IMG/VR virus record: IMGVR_UViG_3300037067_021960
Coordinates: 7,061 to 71,060 of that record
Length of the DNA stretch: 64,000 nt
Reading direction: 5' to 3' (one strand)
Source of the DNA: a virus
Taxonomy: Duplodnaviria > Caudoviricetes
Shown here: piece after piece, positions 46,272 through 54,761 of the stretch
Layout: each line of letters starts with the position of its first letter
Position numbering within the stretch: the stretch's first letter is position 1
Translations under genes and position numbers: made by a program
Notes under the pieces: model-generated
Databases searched by the model: none
What the model was told of the DNA's origin: nothing
Seen by the model: only the letters and a program-made list of their open reading frames with translations

Positions 46272-46328
46272 CTCCTCCTCGTCTTGGCCGCCGGACCGCG
46301 TCTCACAAAGCAGCCCCTGCGGTCTGGG

Positions 46329-46670
46329 CTAGTTCGGCGCCTGTCCCCGGGCCCACGCCCAGAAGACGTTCAGCGCCGTACTCACAGCCAACAGGACAAG
46401 GGATACGACAAATCCGATGCGGGTTTGAGCCGCACGCGCCGTACGGTCGAGAGACGCTTTGCGGAACGCGGTGTTCTCCCGTACCTGCGCCATCAGGCAG
46501 GGCTCGTTGTTCGGGCCCTCGAGGGTGAGCAGGTCCTGAGTCTCCTTCTGCGCGACGCGAAGATCCTCGATCTCGTTGTGCAGTCCGGAGAACTGGCCTT
46601 CGAGGTACGTGCGCAGCCACGCGTCGTCGGCCGCTCCCTCGGAGACCATCGAGTGCTTGCGGGGGGGCAT
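46329..46670 (-). CDS. Coiled-coil protein with a C-terminal TM (holin/lysis accessory-like)
   Basis: Coiled coil followed by IGFVVSLVLLAVSTALNVFWAW. Confidence 0.65.
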   Translation of the reverse strand: MPPRKHSMVSEGAADDAWLRTYLEGQFSGLHNEIEDLRVAQKETQDLLTLEGPNNEPCLMAQVRENTAFRKASLDRTARAAQTRIGFVVSLVLLAVSTALNVFWAWARGQAPN

Positions 46671-46672
46671 CG

Positions 46673-47137
46673 TTACAGCTCCTCGACCGTTAGGAGAACG
46701 TCCTGCTCGAACTTGTGGCCGTCCGTCGTCGTCGCGGTGACCGTGATCTTGTAGCGCTGCTCGGCCGTGCCGCCCAAGACCTTGAAATAGACAGTCGTCG
46801 TGTCCCAGCCAACCGAGTCGATCATCCCCGCGGCCGCCTCCCAGGCGTTCTCGTTCGACGCCTTCACGTTCAGAAGCGTCAGAGCGTCGGCCAGCGACTG
46901 CTCGACGCGATCGAGGAGCTCGCCGGCGGCATAGATTGCGATCTCGACCGTGTCGGCGCCCGGGTAGTCCTCCTCGAGGTCGAACTCAAGGCTCACCTGG
47001 TCGCGGTCGTTCCATTGGTAAGCAACGACCGTCGCGCTCGCGATCGTTTCTCCTTCGGACAGACCGTCGGAGAAGTCGACCACGAGCGGCTTGATCTCAG
47101 CAGGCTGCTTCGACTGGATCTCAGCGACTTCGGCCAA
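46673..47137 (-). CDS. Fibre/tail adaptor-like virion protein
   Basis: KQPAE..PLVVDF...GETIASATV...GGTAEQRYKITVTATTTDG. Confidence 0.65.
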   Translation of the reverse strand: MAEVAEIQSKQPAEIKPLVVDFSDGLSEGETIASATVVAYQWNDRDQVSLEFDLEEDYPGADTVEIAIYAAGELLDRVEQSLADALTLLNVKASNENAWEAAAGMIDSVGWDTTTVYFKVLGGTAEQRYKITVTATTTDGHKFEQDVLLTVEEL

Positions 47138-47176
47138 GGGAACCCCCTACGGTGAGAGGTATTGCCTCTCTACGCC

Positions 47177-47422
47177 TCAGTGCTTCTTCGGCTTGTTTCG
47201 TTCCCAGGCCACCGCGCAGACCTTTGCGTTGCCGCTCTGGCATGGCAGGCCGGCCGCGAGGAGCTTGCAGCCAGCACACGCGCCGTGCTTCCAGCCCTTG
47301 ACCTTGGCCTGTGCGCTCAGGCAGTACTTGAGGTTCCCCGGGGCGCACGGCTTCCCGTCGACGTCGACTGCCACGCACCCGGGACACCCGGCGTGGCTTG
47401 TTGCGCGATTCAGCTCCGGCAT
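47177..47422 (-). CDS. Small Cys-rich protein
   Basis: Multiple Cys in 81 aa. Confidence 0.5.
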   Translation of the reverse strand: MPELNRATSHAGCPGCVAVDVDGKPCAPGNLKYCLSAQAKVKGWKHGACAGCKLLAAGLPCQSGNAKVCAVAWERNKPKKH

Positions 47423-47447
47423 CTCATCCTCCCTGAGCAGTGAACCC

Positions 47448-48119
47448 CTAGCTCAGCGTGATCTCTTCGGTGAGGACCCACACCTGGCCGGACGTCTTCG
47501 TCCCCTGAGCGCTCACCTTGCGGTTCAGGGCTGTCGCGGCGGACGCGTGGTTCGTGGTGATGAACTCCGCCCACGTGTAGTTCGCGGTGTCACCGTCAAA
47601 GCTCGACTGGAAGGTGGCCTTCTGGCTCGACCCGTAGGTCGGGTACCCGTCTTCCATCCCGACGCGGATCTTGTTCACCGCGGCTTGCAGGTCGGTCTGA
47701 GCCGCAGCCGCTGCGGTGTCGCTGTCGCCGACGCCGAGGTAGGCGTTGGCGTTGCTCATCGCCGTGCCGGCGCCGCCGCAGATGAGGGTCCACATGATGT
47801 CGTCGATGCCGTCGTTCAGGAGCAGGTTGCCGTCGAAATCCGACAACTGGAACGCAATCCGGCGGGCGATCTCGCACTGCAGCGTGTGCGGAACACAGGC
47901 CATGGCCACGGCCTCGATCGGCTGGCGCTGGGCAACGGCAAGCTTCGACACCCAGTCACGCCACTTTGGATCAGCCTTGAACAGGGCCTTGGCTTCGATG
48001 AGGAGGGCGCGCTTGAATGCACGGACCGCCTCGGGGTTCTCGAATCGCTTGATCGTGAAACGGGGATGCCAGTACGCGCGGTCTCGGACAACGGGTGCAG
48101 CAGACAGTTGCGTCTTCAT
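47448..48119 (-). CDS. Virion structural protein (tail-collar/fibre-associated)
   Basis: NLLLNDG, YLGVGDS.TAA...QTDL, ATFQSSF...AN..WAE, LNRKV. Confidence 0.7.
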   Translation of the reverse strand: MKTQLSAAPVVRDRAYWHPRFTIKRFENPEAVRAFKRALLIEAKALFKADPKWRDWVSKLAVAQRQPIEAVAMACVPHTLQCEIARRIAFQLSDFDGNLLLNDGIDDIMWTLICGGAGTAMSNANAYLGVGDSDTAAAAAQTDLQAAVNKIRVGMEDGYPTYGSSQKATFQSSFDGDTANYTWAEFITTNHASAATALNRKVSAQGTKTSGQVWVLTEEITLS

Positions 48120-48221
48120 GGGTACGTGCCCTCCTGATCAGGGTGGTGGTCGTGCGCTTGCGCACTACACCCAACAGCAGAAGGCGACTGAGAGGACTAC
48201 GCTTCGAGAGGTCTGTGCAGG

Positions 48222-50564
48222 CTACGCGTTGAGGTCGTACTCGACCGTCGCGTCACGGCCGTGGTACTCGATCGGCGTGTCTTTCGGCGGGTAGTGAACA
48301 ATCGTGATGTCGACGTCAGGGATCCATGGTGCCTTCGAGATCACCTCGTCCGCGTTCCCGCCAGCGTCCGCGAGGTCGATCCACGCCTGGATGAGCTCGA
48401 GGAGATCAGTGGCCACCCCTTCGTCCGCAATCCCTACCGGACGGATGTGCGAGATGAGCTCCTCAGCGAGGCCGGCGTCGGCGAGGTTCACCCGTGCGAG
48501 GATCCCAGCGATCGAGTCGGCCGCGGCCCCCGCATCGGCAATCGGTACGTTCACGTGGAAGGAGAGGGCCTCTTGGCCCGTTGCCGCATCCGTCACCGCA
48601 AAGTGGACGCGTACGGCGATTGCGTCAGTGCCCACTCCGACGTCGGACAGCGTCGGCAGTGTGACCTTGACCGACGGCGAGTCGACGGCCACACCCGCAT
48701 CGGTCACCGGCACCGCAACGTGGAGTACGTGGTCCTCGGCACCCACGCCAGCGTCGACCACGCTCAGGTGGTTCACAACGAGAAGGATCCCCTCGGCCGC
48801 AGCGCCCTGGTCGGCGAGCGACACCTGCGCGACGAGCGCGAGCGTCTCCTCGCCTCCACCGATGTCGGTCAGCTCGAGGTGCGCAGAGACGGCGATCGTC
48901 GTCACTGCCTGGCCGGCGTCGGGGATGAGGATCTGGCCCTGTACCGAGTGCGCTGACTCGACGCCGGCACCCTCGTCCGTGATGAGGACAGGACGAAGGA
49001 TGGGCAACAGCGCGTCTGTGGCCGCCCCGACGTCGCTCAGGTCCACCGCGACAACGATCGACAGCACGGCCACACCTTGGCCGCTATCGGGGATGGACAC
49101 GGAAGCGTGAACGGATGGCATCTCTACCCCCGCACCGGTCTCGGTGAGGAGGATGTGGCCGACGATCGCAAGTGCCTCGTCGAGCGCCGCGCCGGCGTCG
49201 GCGAGAGGCACCTGCACGGTGCACTGAATCGTGTCCGTGGCCACGCCGGCATCGGTCAGCGTTGGCATGCTGGCAACGATTGACAGCACCGTCGCGCCAC
49301 TGCCTGAGTCGGGGAGAACGATCCGCGCTTGCACCGCGTGGGCGCTCTCCGTCCCCGCGCCGGACTCCTCGAGCAGAATCTGCGCGATCACCGCAACAGC
49401 GTCAACCGCGCTCCCGAGGTCGACGAGCGACACGTGCACCTCGACCTCGCCCGACTCAGCGCCAGTACCGGCGTCCTCGAGCGTTGGAAGGTTCGCCACG
49501 ACGAGGAGGACTGTCTCCCCCTGGCCGGCATCGGCCAGCGTGAGGAGTGCCTGGATCGCCTGGGCGGTCTCGGAACCAACACCTACGTCGGAGATCGACA
49601 CCCCCGCGGTGATCGCGACGATCGTGTCCACAGCCTGTCCAAGGTCATCCACCGGGATGTAGATCGTGCGGTCGACGACCTCGCTCCCCGCGCCGTTATC
49701 GCTCAGCATGAGCGGCACACGGATGGCGATCGACGTCGCACCCACGCCGGCATCAGCGATCGCCGCTTGGATGACCAGGCTCAACGCCTCGGCCAGCGCG
49801 GCGCCCGTCTCGGTGACAAGCAGCGTCCGCAACCACGCCACCGCGTCGGCGCCCTGACCAGCATCGACAAGGGACACACCAACCTGTGCTTCGACTGACT
49901 CCGTTGCACTGCCCGTGTCTGTGATCCCGATGGCCAACGTTGTCGGCGGATACAGCCCCGCCGCAATCTTGAACTCGTCCAGGTGCGTGATACGGTCGTT
50001 CGTCGTGTAGCCGTACTGCCGCAGGAAACATCTACCTGCGGTGAGCGTGCCAGTATAGTTGCAGTCGACGTTCTCAAGGAGCTTGGTGTACGTGACCCCG
50101 TCGGGGCTGTAATACACCGAGCACGTCAGCTCGGAGTAGTCAACCACGACACGCAGCCACACGAACGCGGCGTCTCCATTGCAGGGAATCACGCTCTCAG
50201 AGTAGGTGTACGCAGCGCCTAGGACACCGACGCGCGCTCGATCAGGATCATCACCGTATTGCCCTATGTTGAGCCGGATTCGCTGAGATGTCGTCAGGTA
50301 TAGAAGGATCTGAAACAAGTCAACATCGCCTACCGTTCCCACCGCATCGAGTTTGACCTTCGCTTGGATCGTCAGGTCCTGGTTCAGCGTGAGTGAGCCA
50401 CGCCAGCGCATCGCGTAGTTTGTCGATGCCGCGGTGTTCGTATCGAACTCGAGCTGACCCGAGGGGTTTTCCTGACTGACACCGTTGACGTTGTCGACGT
50501 CAGACCAGTCAGAGATGTCCTCGAAATCCTCGTCTAGGATGTCCCAACTCGCAGGATCAGGCAC
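48222..50564 (-). CDS. Long fibre protein: lectin-like head, ~18-19-aa repeats, C-terminal anchor
   Basis: About 28-30 (I/L)xD.G.G.E repeats; PPKD...YD.NA terminus. Confidence 0.7.
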   Translation of the reverse strand: MPDPASWDILDEDFEDISDWSDVDNVNGVSQENPSGQLEFDTNTAASTNYAMRWRGSLTLNQDLTIQAKVKLDAVGTVGDVDLFQILLYLTTSQRIRLNIGQYGDDPDRARVGVLGAAYTYSESVIPCNGDAAFVWLRVVVDYSELTCSVYYSPDGVTYTKLLENVDCNYTGTLTAGRCFLRQYGYTTNDRITHLDEFKIAAGLYPPTTLAIGITDTGSATESVEAQVGVSLVDAGQGADAVAWLRTLLVTETGAALAEALSLVIQAAIADAGVGATSIAIRVPLMLSDNGAGSEVVDRTIYIPVDDLGQAVDTIVAITAGVSISDVGVGSETAQAIQALLTLADAGQGETVLLVVANLPTLEDAGTGAESGEVEVHVSLVDLGSAVDAVAVIAQILLEESGAGTESAHAVQARIVLPDSGSGATVLSIVASMPTLTDAGVATDTIQCTVQVPLADAGAALDEALAIVGHILLTETGAGVEMPSVHASVSIPDSGQGVAVLSIVVAVDLSDVGAATDALLPILRPVLITDEGAGVESAHSVQGQILIPDAGQAVTTIAVSAHLELTDIGGGEETLALVAQVSLADQGAAAEGILLVVNHLSVVDAGVGAEDHVLHVAVPVTDAGVAVDSPSVKVTLPTLSDVGVGTDAIAVRVHFAVTDAATGQEALSFHVNVPIADAGAAADSIAGILARVNLADAGLAEELISHIRPVGIADEGVATDLLELIQAWIDLADAGGNADEVISKAPWIPDVDITIVHYPPKDTPIEYHGRDATVEYDLNA

Positions 50565-50784
50565 GTTCGACTCCTAGAAACTCTGCAACGTGTTTGCACC
50601 AGCAGTCCATCTGCAAGTAGCCCTTCTGTCGCAGCCACGCGACGAACGCTCCCATGCAGGCCGGGCAGAGGGCGTCGCGCGTGTAGCTGAACGAGGCGCG
50701 AGTGTCCGTTGCCTCGTCGTCCGGGGCGATGTCAGGGACGAATGGTTGGCCGCACCGTGCGCATGTGGTCATGTTCTGACTCAC
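50557..50784 (-). CDS. Small Zn-finger protein
   Basis: CARC...CPAC. Confidence 0.5.
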   Translation of the reverse strand: MSQNMTTCARCGQPFVPDIAPDDEATDTRASFSYTRDALCPACMGAFVAWLRQKGYLQMDCWCKHVAEFLGVERA

Positions 50785-51857
50785 GCTCCTGCGTTCGGGT
50801 CGTAGTGGATAACGTCGTCCTTGCCGGAGTGCGGTACGGGCTCGTCCTTCGGCGGGAAGATGATGGTGATTCCAACGTTGTGGCCAGGCTGGCGCGGTGA
50901 CATAGTCTCGGCACCTGCGCCGGCGTCGGCAATCGTGATGAGACGGAACGCGACTCGGATGTGTTCGATGCTCGCCTCTCCCTGATCGGTCACGGCAACC
51001 TCACGCTTCCACGAAGCGCTCTCGGCGCCCGCGCCGGCGTCGCTGACGAGGAACTTGCGCAGCCACGAGATGAGTTCTGAACCACTGCCCGCGTCGGAGA
51101 TCCCGACCTGCTTCGGCGCCATCGTAAACGTCGCCGACGAGCTCCACGTGCCCTCTGTGCCTTCGTCATCCTTCGCACGGATCCGGAAGTAGAACGTCTG
51201 TCCGGCTTGCTCGATTGCGTCACCTGCATAGGACACGTCCGCACAGCGGTTGCCCTGCACGATGTCAGCGATGTCGAGCCAGCCGGAATCCCAGACGAGG
51301 TTCGAGAAGCCGTCGTCCGTCGCTACCTGGACCGCAACGTGGGTGAGCGTGTCCGACGGATCGGGGTCATTCAGAATCGCCGACAGTTCGGGAGTCGTAT
51401 CGGTCACTCCCGTCGGGTTCGTCTCGCCTTCACACAAGAGCTGCGTTGGGGCTATTGGCGCGGACGGAACAGCGTAGAACTCCACTTCATACAGATAGAA
51501 TGTTTGTACCCCTGAAGTACTGACAGCCCGAACACGCATAGCTGTTACATGCGCCGTCGTACCAAGGTTCCCTGTGTACCAAGCTGGAGTACCAGTTGGT
51601 TGTGCGCCGAACACCAAGTGCCAAGCAGCGTCGTAGTAAGCATCTACGTAGACATACAGATTCAGTCCCAGTCCAGCTTTTGAGCAATAGAGACGGACAG
51701 CGTTACACCACACGTAGTCACGATCGAACTGGCACGAGCACCATTCGTTGTAGTTGAGACTTGCATAATCGCCTGTCTCTACACTGCCATCGTACGCATT
51801 GGTAGGGTTGCTCCAGCCGTCGTTGTTGCTGTGACTCGTCGGGCTGACCCACCCCAT
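50781..51857 (-). CDS. Fibre protein: discoidin-like head, FN3-like domain, short repeats, shared C-terminal anchor
   Basis: WSNPTNAYDG, YFRIRAKD, four xDxGxG repeats, PPKD...YDPNA. Confidence 0.7.
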   Translation of the reverse strand: MGWVSPTSHSNNDGWSNPTNAYDGSVETGDYASLNYNEWCSCQFDRDYVWCNAVRLYCSKAGLGLNLYVYVDAYYDAAWHLVFGAQPTGTPAWYTGNLGTTAHVTAMRVRAVSTSGVQTFYLYEVEFYAVPSAPIAPTQLLCEGETNPTGVTDTTPELSAILNDPDPSDTLTHVAVQVATDDGFSNLVWDSGWLDIADIVQGNRCADVSYAGDAIEQAGQTFYFRIRAKDDEGTEGTWSSSATFTMAPKQVGISDAGSGSELISWLRKFLVSDAGAGAESASWKREVAVTDQGEASIEHIRVAFRLITIADAGAGAETMSPRQPGHNVGITIIFPPKDEPVPHSGKDDVIHYDPNAGA

Positions 51858-51880
51858 GACAGCCTCCGCGTTCTACCGCG

Positions 51881-52567
51881 TTACGTGACGCTGATTGCCT
51901 GCGTGTCCGGGTTGTAGCAGAACCACGCTTTGGTGTAGCCGCCAGACGTCACAGTGCCGGCCGCCGTACACGCGTAGATGACGAGAAGGGTCGACGACTC
52001 CCAGATCTTCGTCAGCGTGGCCGTACCCCCGGGAGTCGTTCCCGACGGGAACACCGCAAGCCCGTGGAGCAAAAGCGACACCGATGCGTCTTGCGGACCA
52101 CCGCCGGCCGACGATAGGAGGTACGCGAGGCCGCTAAGCGTGTATCCCGCGTCGACAGGAAGCTCCTGTTGACCAACCGTGACCAAACTCGTGGCTAGTG
52201 ATGGCACGAGCGCTGCTCCGTAAACACGGGCTGTTCCGCTCCCTGGATCGAAACGCAGCTTGCCCCCGGTCTTGATCTGCAGAACGGTGACCTGGCGATC
52301 AGGTTCCCCAAGGTCGTCGCCCGTCATCCACGTGGGGTACTGCGCCTGAATCTCCGCTCCGTTGATGGGGTACGGAACAAGCTGACAGCTCGTTCCGCCC
52401 GCTCCGGAGCACTCCGCCCTGAAGATGATGAGGTCGTTGGCGAGCACGGTGACGTCGTAGTTGGCGCCAACACCACTCACGCCGGACAGATCGGCACGCA
52501 CAACCCATCCCGCAATCTGGGTCGAAGGGACAGCAACCGGTGGCCGCGCTAGGTCAACTTGGCGCAT
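51881..52567 (-). CDS. Putative virion protein
   Basis: 228 aa, Gly/Thr-rich, within the fibre block. Confidence 0.6.
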   Translation of the reverse strand: MRQVDLARPPVAVPSTQIAGWVVRADLSGVSGVGANYDVTVLANDLIIFRAECSGAGGTSCQLVPYPINGAEIQAQYPTWMTGDDLGEPDRQVTVLQIKTGGKLRFDPGSGTARVYGAALVPSLATSLVTVGQQELPVDAGYTLSGLAYLLSSAGGGPQDASVSLLLHGLAVFPSGTTPGGTATLTKIWESSTLLVIYACTAAGTVTSGGYTKAWFCYNPDTQAISVT

Positions 52568-52579
52568 GAGCCCTCCTCG

Positions 52580-52909
52580 CTAGGACGCAGCCTGAACCTC
52601 GACAGCGTCGTAGCCGATGACCATCGACACGCCGCTCGAGTTCTTGAGGCGGATCCACGAGGTGGAGTCGACGAGCCACGGCATGTTGTGGTACCCGTTC
52701 TTCGCGGCCTCGGACGACTCGACCTCGATCTCGTTCGTTCCGTCGGTCCGCACAACGCGGAGGTCGCCGGCGACGGTTGTTGCGCCACCCACGCGGCCGA
52801 AGTAGGCGCCCTTCACCCGCCACGTCTCGCCAGCTGACGCCGGCTTGACGTCGAGGTATGCGCCGTTGGCCGTGACCTGATGATCTCGATGCGGTGCTCC
52901 AAGCGACAT
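52580..52909 (-). CDS. Small putative virion protein
   Basis: 109 aa, beta-rich. Confidence 0.6.
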   Translation of the reverse strand: MSLGAPHRDHQVTANGAYLDVKPASAGETWRVKGAYFGRVGGATTVAGDLRVVRTDGTNEIEVESSEAAKNGYHNMPWLVDSTSWIRLKNSSGVSMVIGYDAVEVQAAS

Positions 52910-52933
52910 GGTCTATCCTCCTGGCCTAACGGC

Positions 52934-53359
52934 CTAGCTGAACACCTCAACAGCAAGCAGCATCAACTGCGCAGCCGAGTACCCACCGACGAGGTTCGAA
53001 TCATCGGCCAGCGCCGCTGTTTTCGCCTTGCGGCTGTGGACAGCCGTCGTTGAGCTCGCAAGGTCGGAGTGGTCCTCCTCGTGCGTGTGATCGAGCAGCG
53101 AGTAGCGATCGTCATGCAGGTGACCGATCGCCGAGTACGGGTGGGTGTGGGCCACCGGCGCATAGGCGGAGTGGGTGTGCGCCCGCACGGGGTACACGAT
53201 CCAACCAGCGCCCGTGCCACGGTAGATCTCGCCGGCGTGTGCTTGGCCCTCTTCGTCGGTGCAGAAGTAGAGCTGCTCCAGTTCCCCGATCGTCGGCCGG
53301 TTCGCATGAAGGTCGAACGTCAGGATGTTGAACCGATCGCGCCAACCTCGATCGGACAT
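52934..53359 (-). CDS. Fibre-like protein with His-x-His repeats
   Basis: HTH/HLH repeats (AHTH, AHTH, GHLHDDRY, DHTH). Confidence 0.65.
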   Translation of the reverse strand: MSDRGWRDRFNILTFDLHANRPTIGELEQLYFCTDEEGQAHAGEIYRGTGAGWIVYPVRAHTHSAYAPVAHTHPYSAIGHLHDDRYSLLDHTHEEDHSDLASSTTAVHSRKAKTAALADDSNLVGGYSAAQLMLLAVEVFS

Positions 53360-53360
53360 G

Positions 53361-54020
53361 CTAGATCACCTCGATCGCGTGGATGCAGACGGCCGAGGCG
53401 ATGTCGTCCGACTCGTGCGTGCCGAGGTGGGCGAGCGTGATGTCGAGCGAGTTTCCCTGAACGAGCACGCCTAGTTGAATCTCGGTGACAACACGGCCGT
53501 GGCGGACGACGGAGTCGCTCGCGGTCTTCTGGATGACCGTTGGCGTTCCGGTGAACGTGGATCCGGAGGCCACACTCGACACACTGGCCTGGAACACGGC
53601 CGTCTTGATCTCCTCAGCCGCGGTGGACCAGATGACGCGCAGAAGGGTCTGTGTGGGGGTGGTGACAGCGTTGTTCCGCTTGACCCGCGCTTTGACCTGC
53701 AACTCCTGGTCGACACCTGGTTCGAGCTGGACGACAGGAATGTACTTGGCCGTCGCGCCCTGGATGTAGCCGAACGCCCCAGCGTCGTCGCCAATGAGCG
53801 AGATCCCGCCGTCGGGGTAGAACGCCTGCGGCAAGAGGTACGTCTCGACTGCGGTGACGAAGTTTTCAACGTCCTTCTGGGTCCAGTAGCGGTCGAAGTT
53901 GAAATGGTCGGGCGGCGGTTCCTGGCCGACAATCCACGTCCGCGTGCTCACCGGACGCTCTGCGCCAGTGCTCTCCCACGGAGACAGATGGAGGTCGAGA
54001 AGTGCTTTGCTGATCGGCAT
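53361..54020 (-). CDS. Baseplate-anchored tail fibre N-terminal protein
   Basis: WESTG...W..GQEPP..HFN motif directly after the baseplate genes. Confidence 0.65.
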   Translation of the reverse strand: MPISKALLDLHLSPWESTGAERPVSTRTWIVGQEPPPDHFNFDRYWTQKDVENFVTAVETYLLPQAFYPDGGISLIGDDAGAFGYIQGATAKYIPVVQLEPGVDQELQVKARVKRNNAVTTPTQTLLRVIWSTAAEEIKTAVFQASVSSVASGSTFTGTPTVIQKTASDSVVRHGRVVTEIQLGVLVQGNSLDITLAHLGTHESDDIASAVCIHAIEVI

Positions 54021-54035
54021 CGTGCTCCCCCTCGA

Positions 54036-54761
54036 TTACGAACTCAGAACACCGCTCCACTTGCCTTGGCCGAACCCGCGGTCGCTGTCGAGCGTGTCTG
54101 TCGTCGCGTGGTCCGAGAACTTGAATCCGCCATGAACGGCGATCACGTACTGCACACCGGTGGCGAGGATCCGCTCCAACCAGTAGCTGATCGTGGCGAC
54201 GACCGTCTCGGGCGTCATCCCGTCGCCACGCCACTTGCCGCGTCCGAACCCATACGGGCTATCGAAAGCGGATGCCGTGGCCTGGTCGGAGAACTTGAAC
54301 CACTGCGTCCCTCCACCCAACAGAAACGCTCCGTAGTTGAGCGAGACCTCAACGAAGAAAGGCAGGCCTTCCAAGGCCTGCGACGGCGAGGCATTGTTGG
54401 TGACCTGGATCTGTGACGGCGAGATCTCAAGCGCCTCGGCGAGGATCTCGCGCACCTCTTCGACCGTTCCCGCGGAGGTGAGGACCATGATCTCGAGACG
54501 GAGGCGCGTGCGGTAGCTCTCGTCTGTCTGGCCTACCTGTCGGCCGCAGCGGATCTGGTCGCCAATGAGGTCGAGTGAGTACCCAAACGCAGTCTCAAGG
54601 TAGCGGCTGTCGCGGATCGCCTCGATCGTCTCGGTCTCGAGCTCCTCGAGCGCCAGGTACGGGTAGAGGAGCTTGCCGATGCCCGACGTCGGGCGCTCGT
54701 CGTACACGTAGCCGAACGCCCGTACGAGTTCGCGGCTTCGCGTGTCGATGTCGTAGCTCAT
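54036..54761 (-). CDS. Baseplate wedge protein (DUF2612-like)
   Basis: LETAFGYSLDLIG...R..GQTDESYRTRL. Confidence 0.8.
   Translation of the reverse strand: MSYDIDTRSRELVRAFGYVYDERPTSGIGKLLYPYLALEELETETIEAIRDSRYLETAFGYSLDLIGDQIRCGRQVGQTDESYRTRLRLEIMVLTSAGTVEEVREILAEALEISPSQIQVTNNASPSQALEGLPFFVEVSLNYGAFLLGGGTQWFKFSDQATASAFDSPYGFGRGKWRGDGMTPETVVATISYWLERILATGVQYVIAVHGGFKFSDHATTDTLDSDRGFGQGKWSGVLSS

Noticed and set aside
48222-49930. Repetitive DNA as a possible CRISPR array or DGR template/variable repeat
   Set aside because: Repeats are degenerate and protein-coding; no identical direct repeats with spacers; no reverse transcriptase
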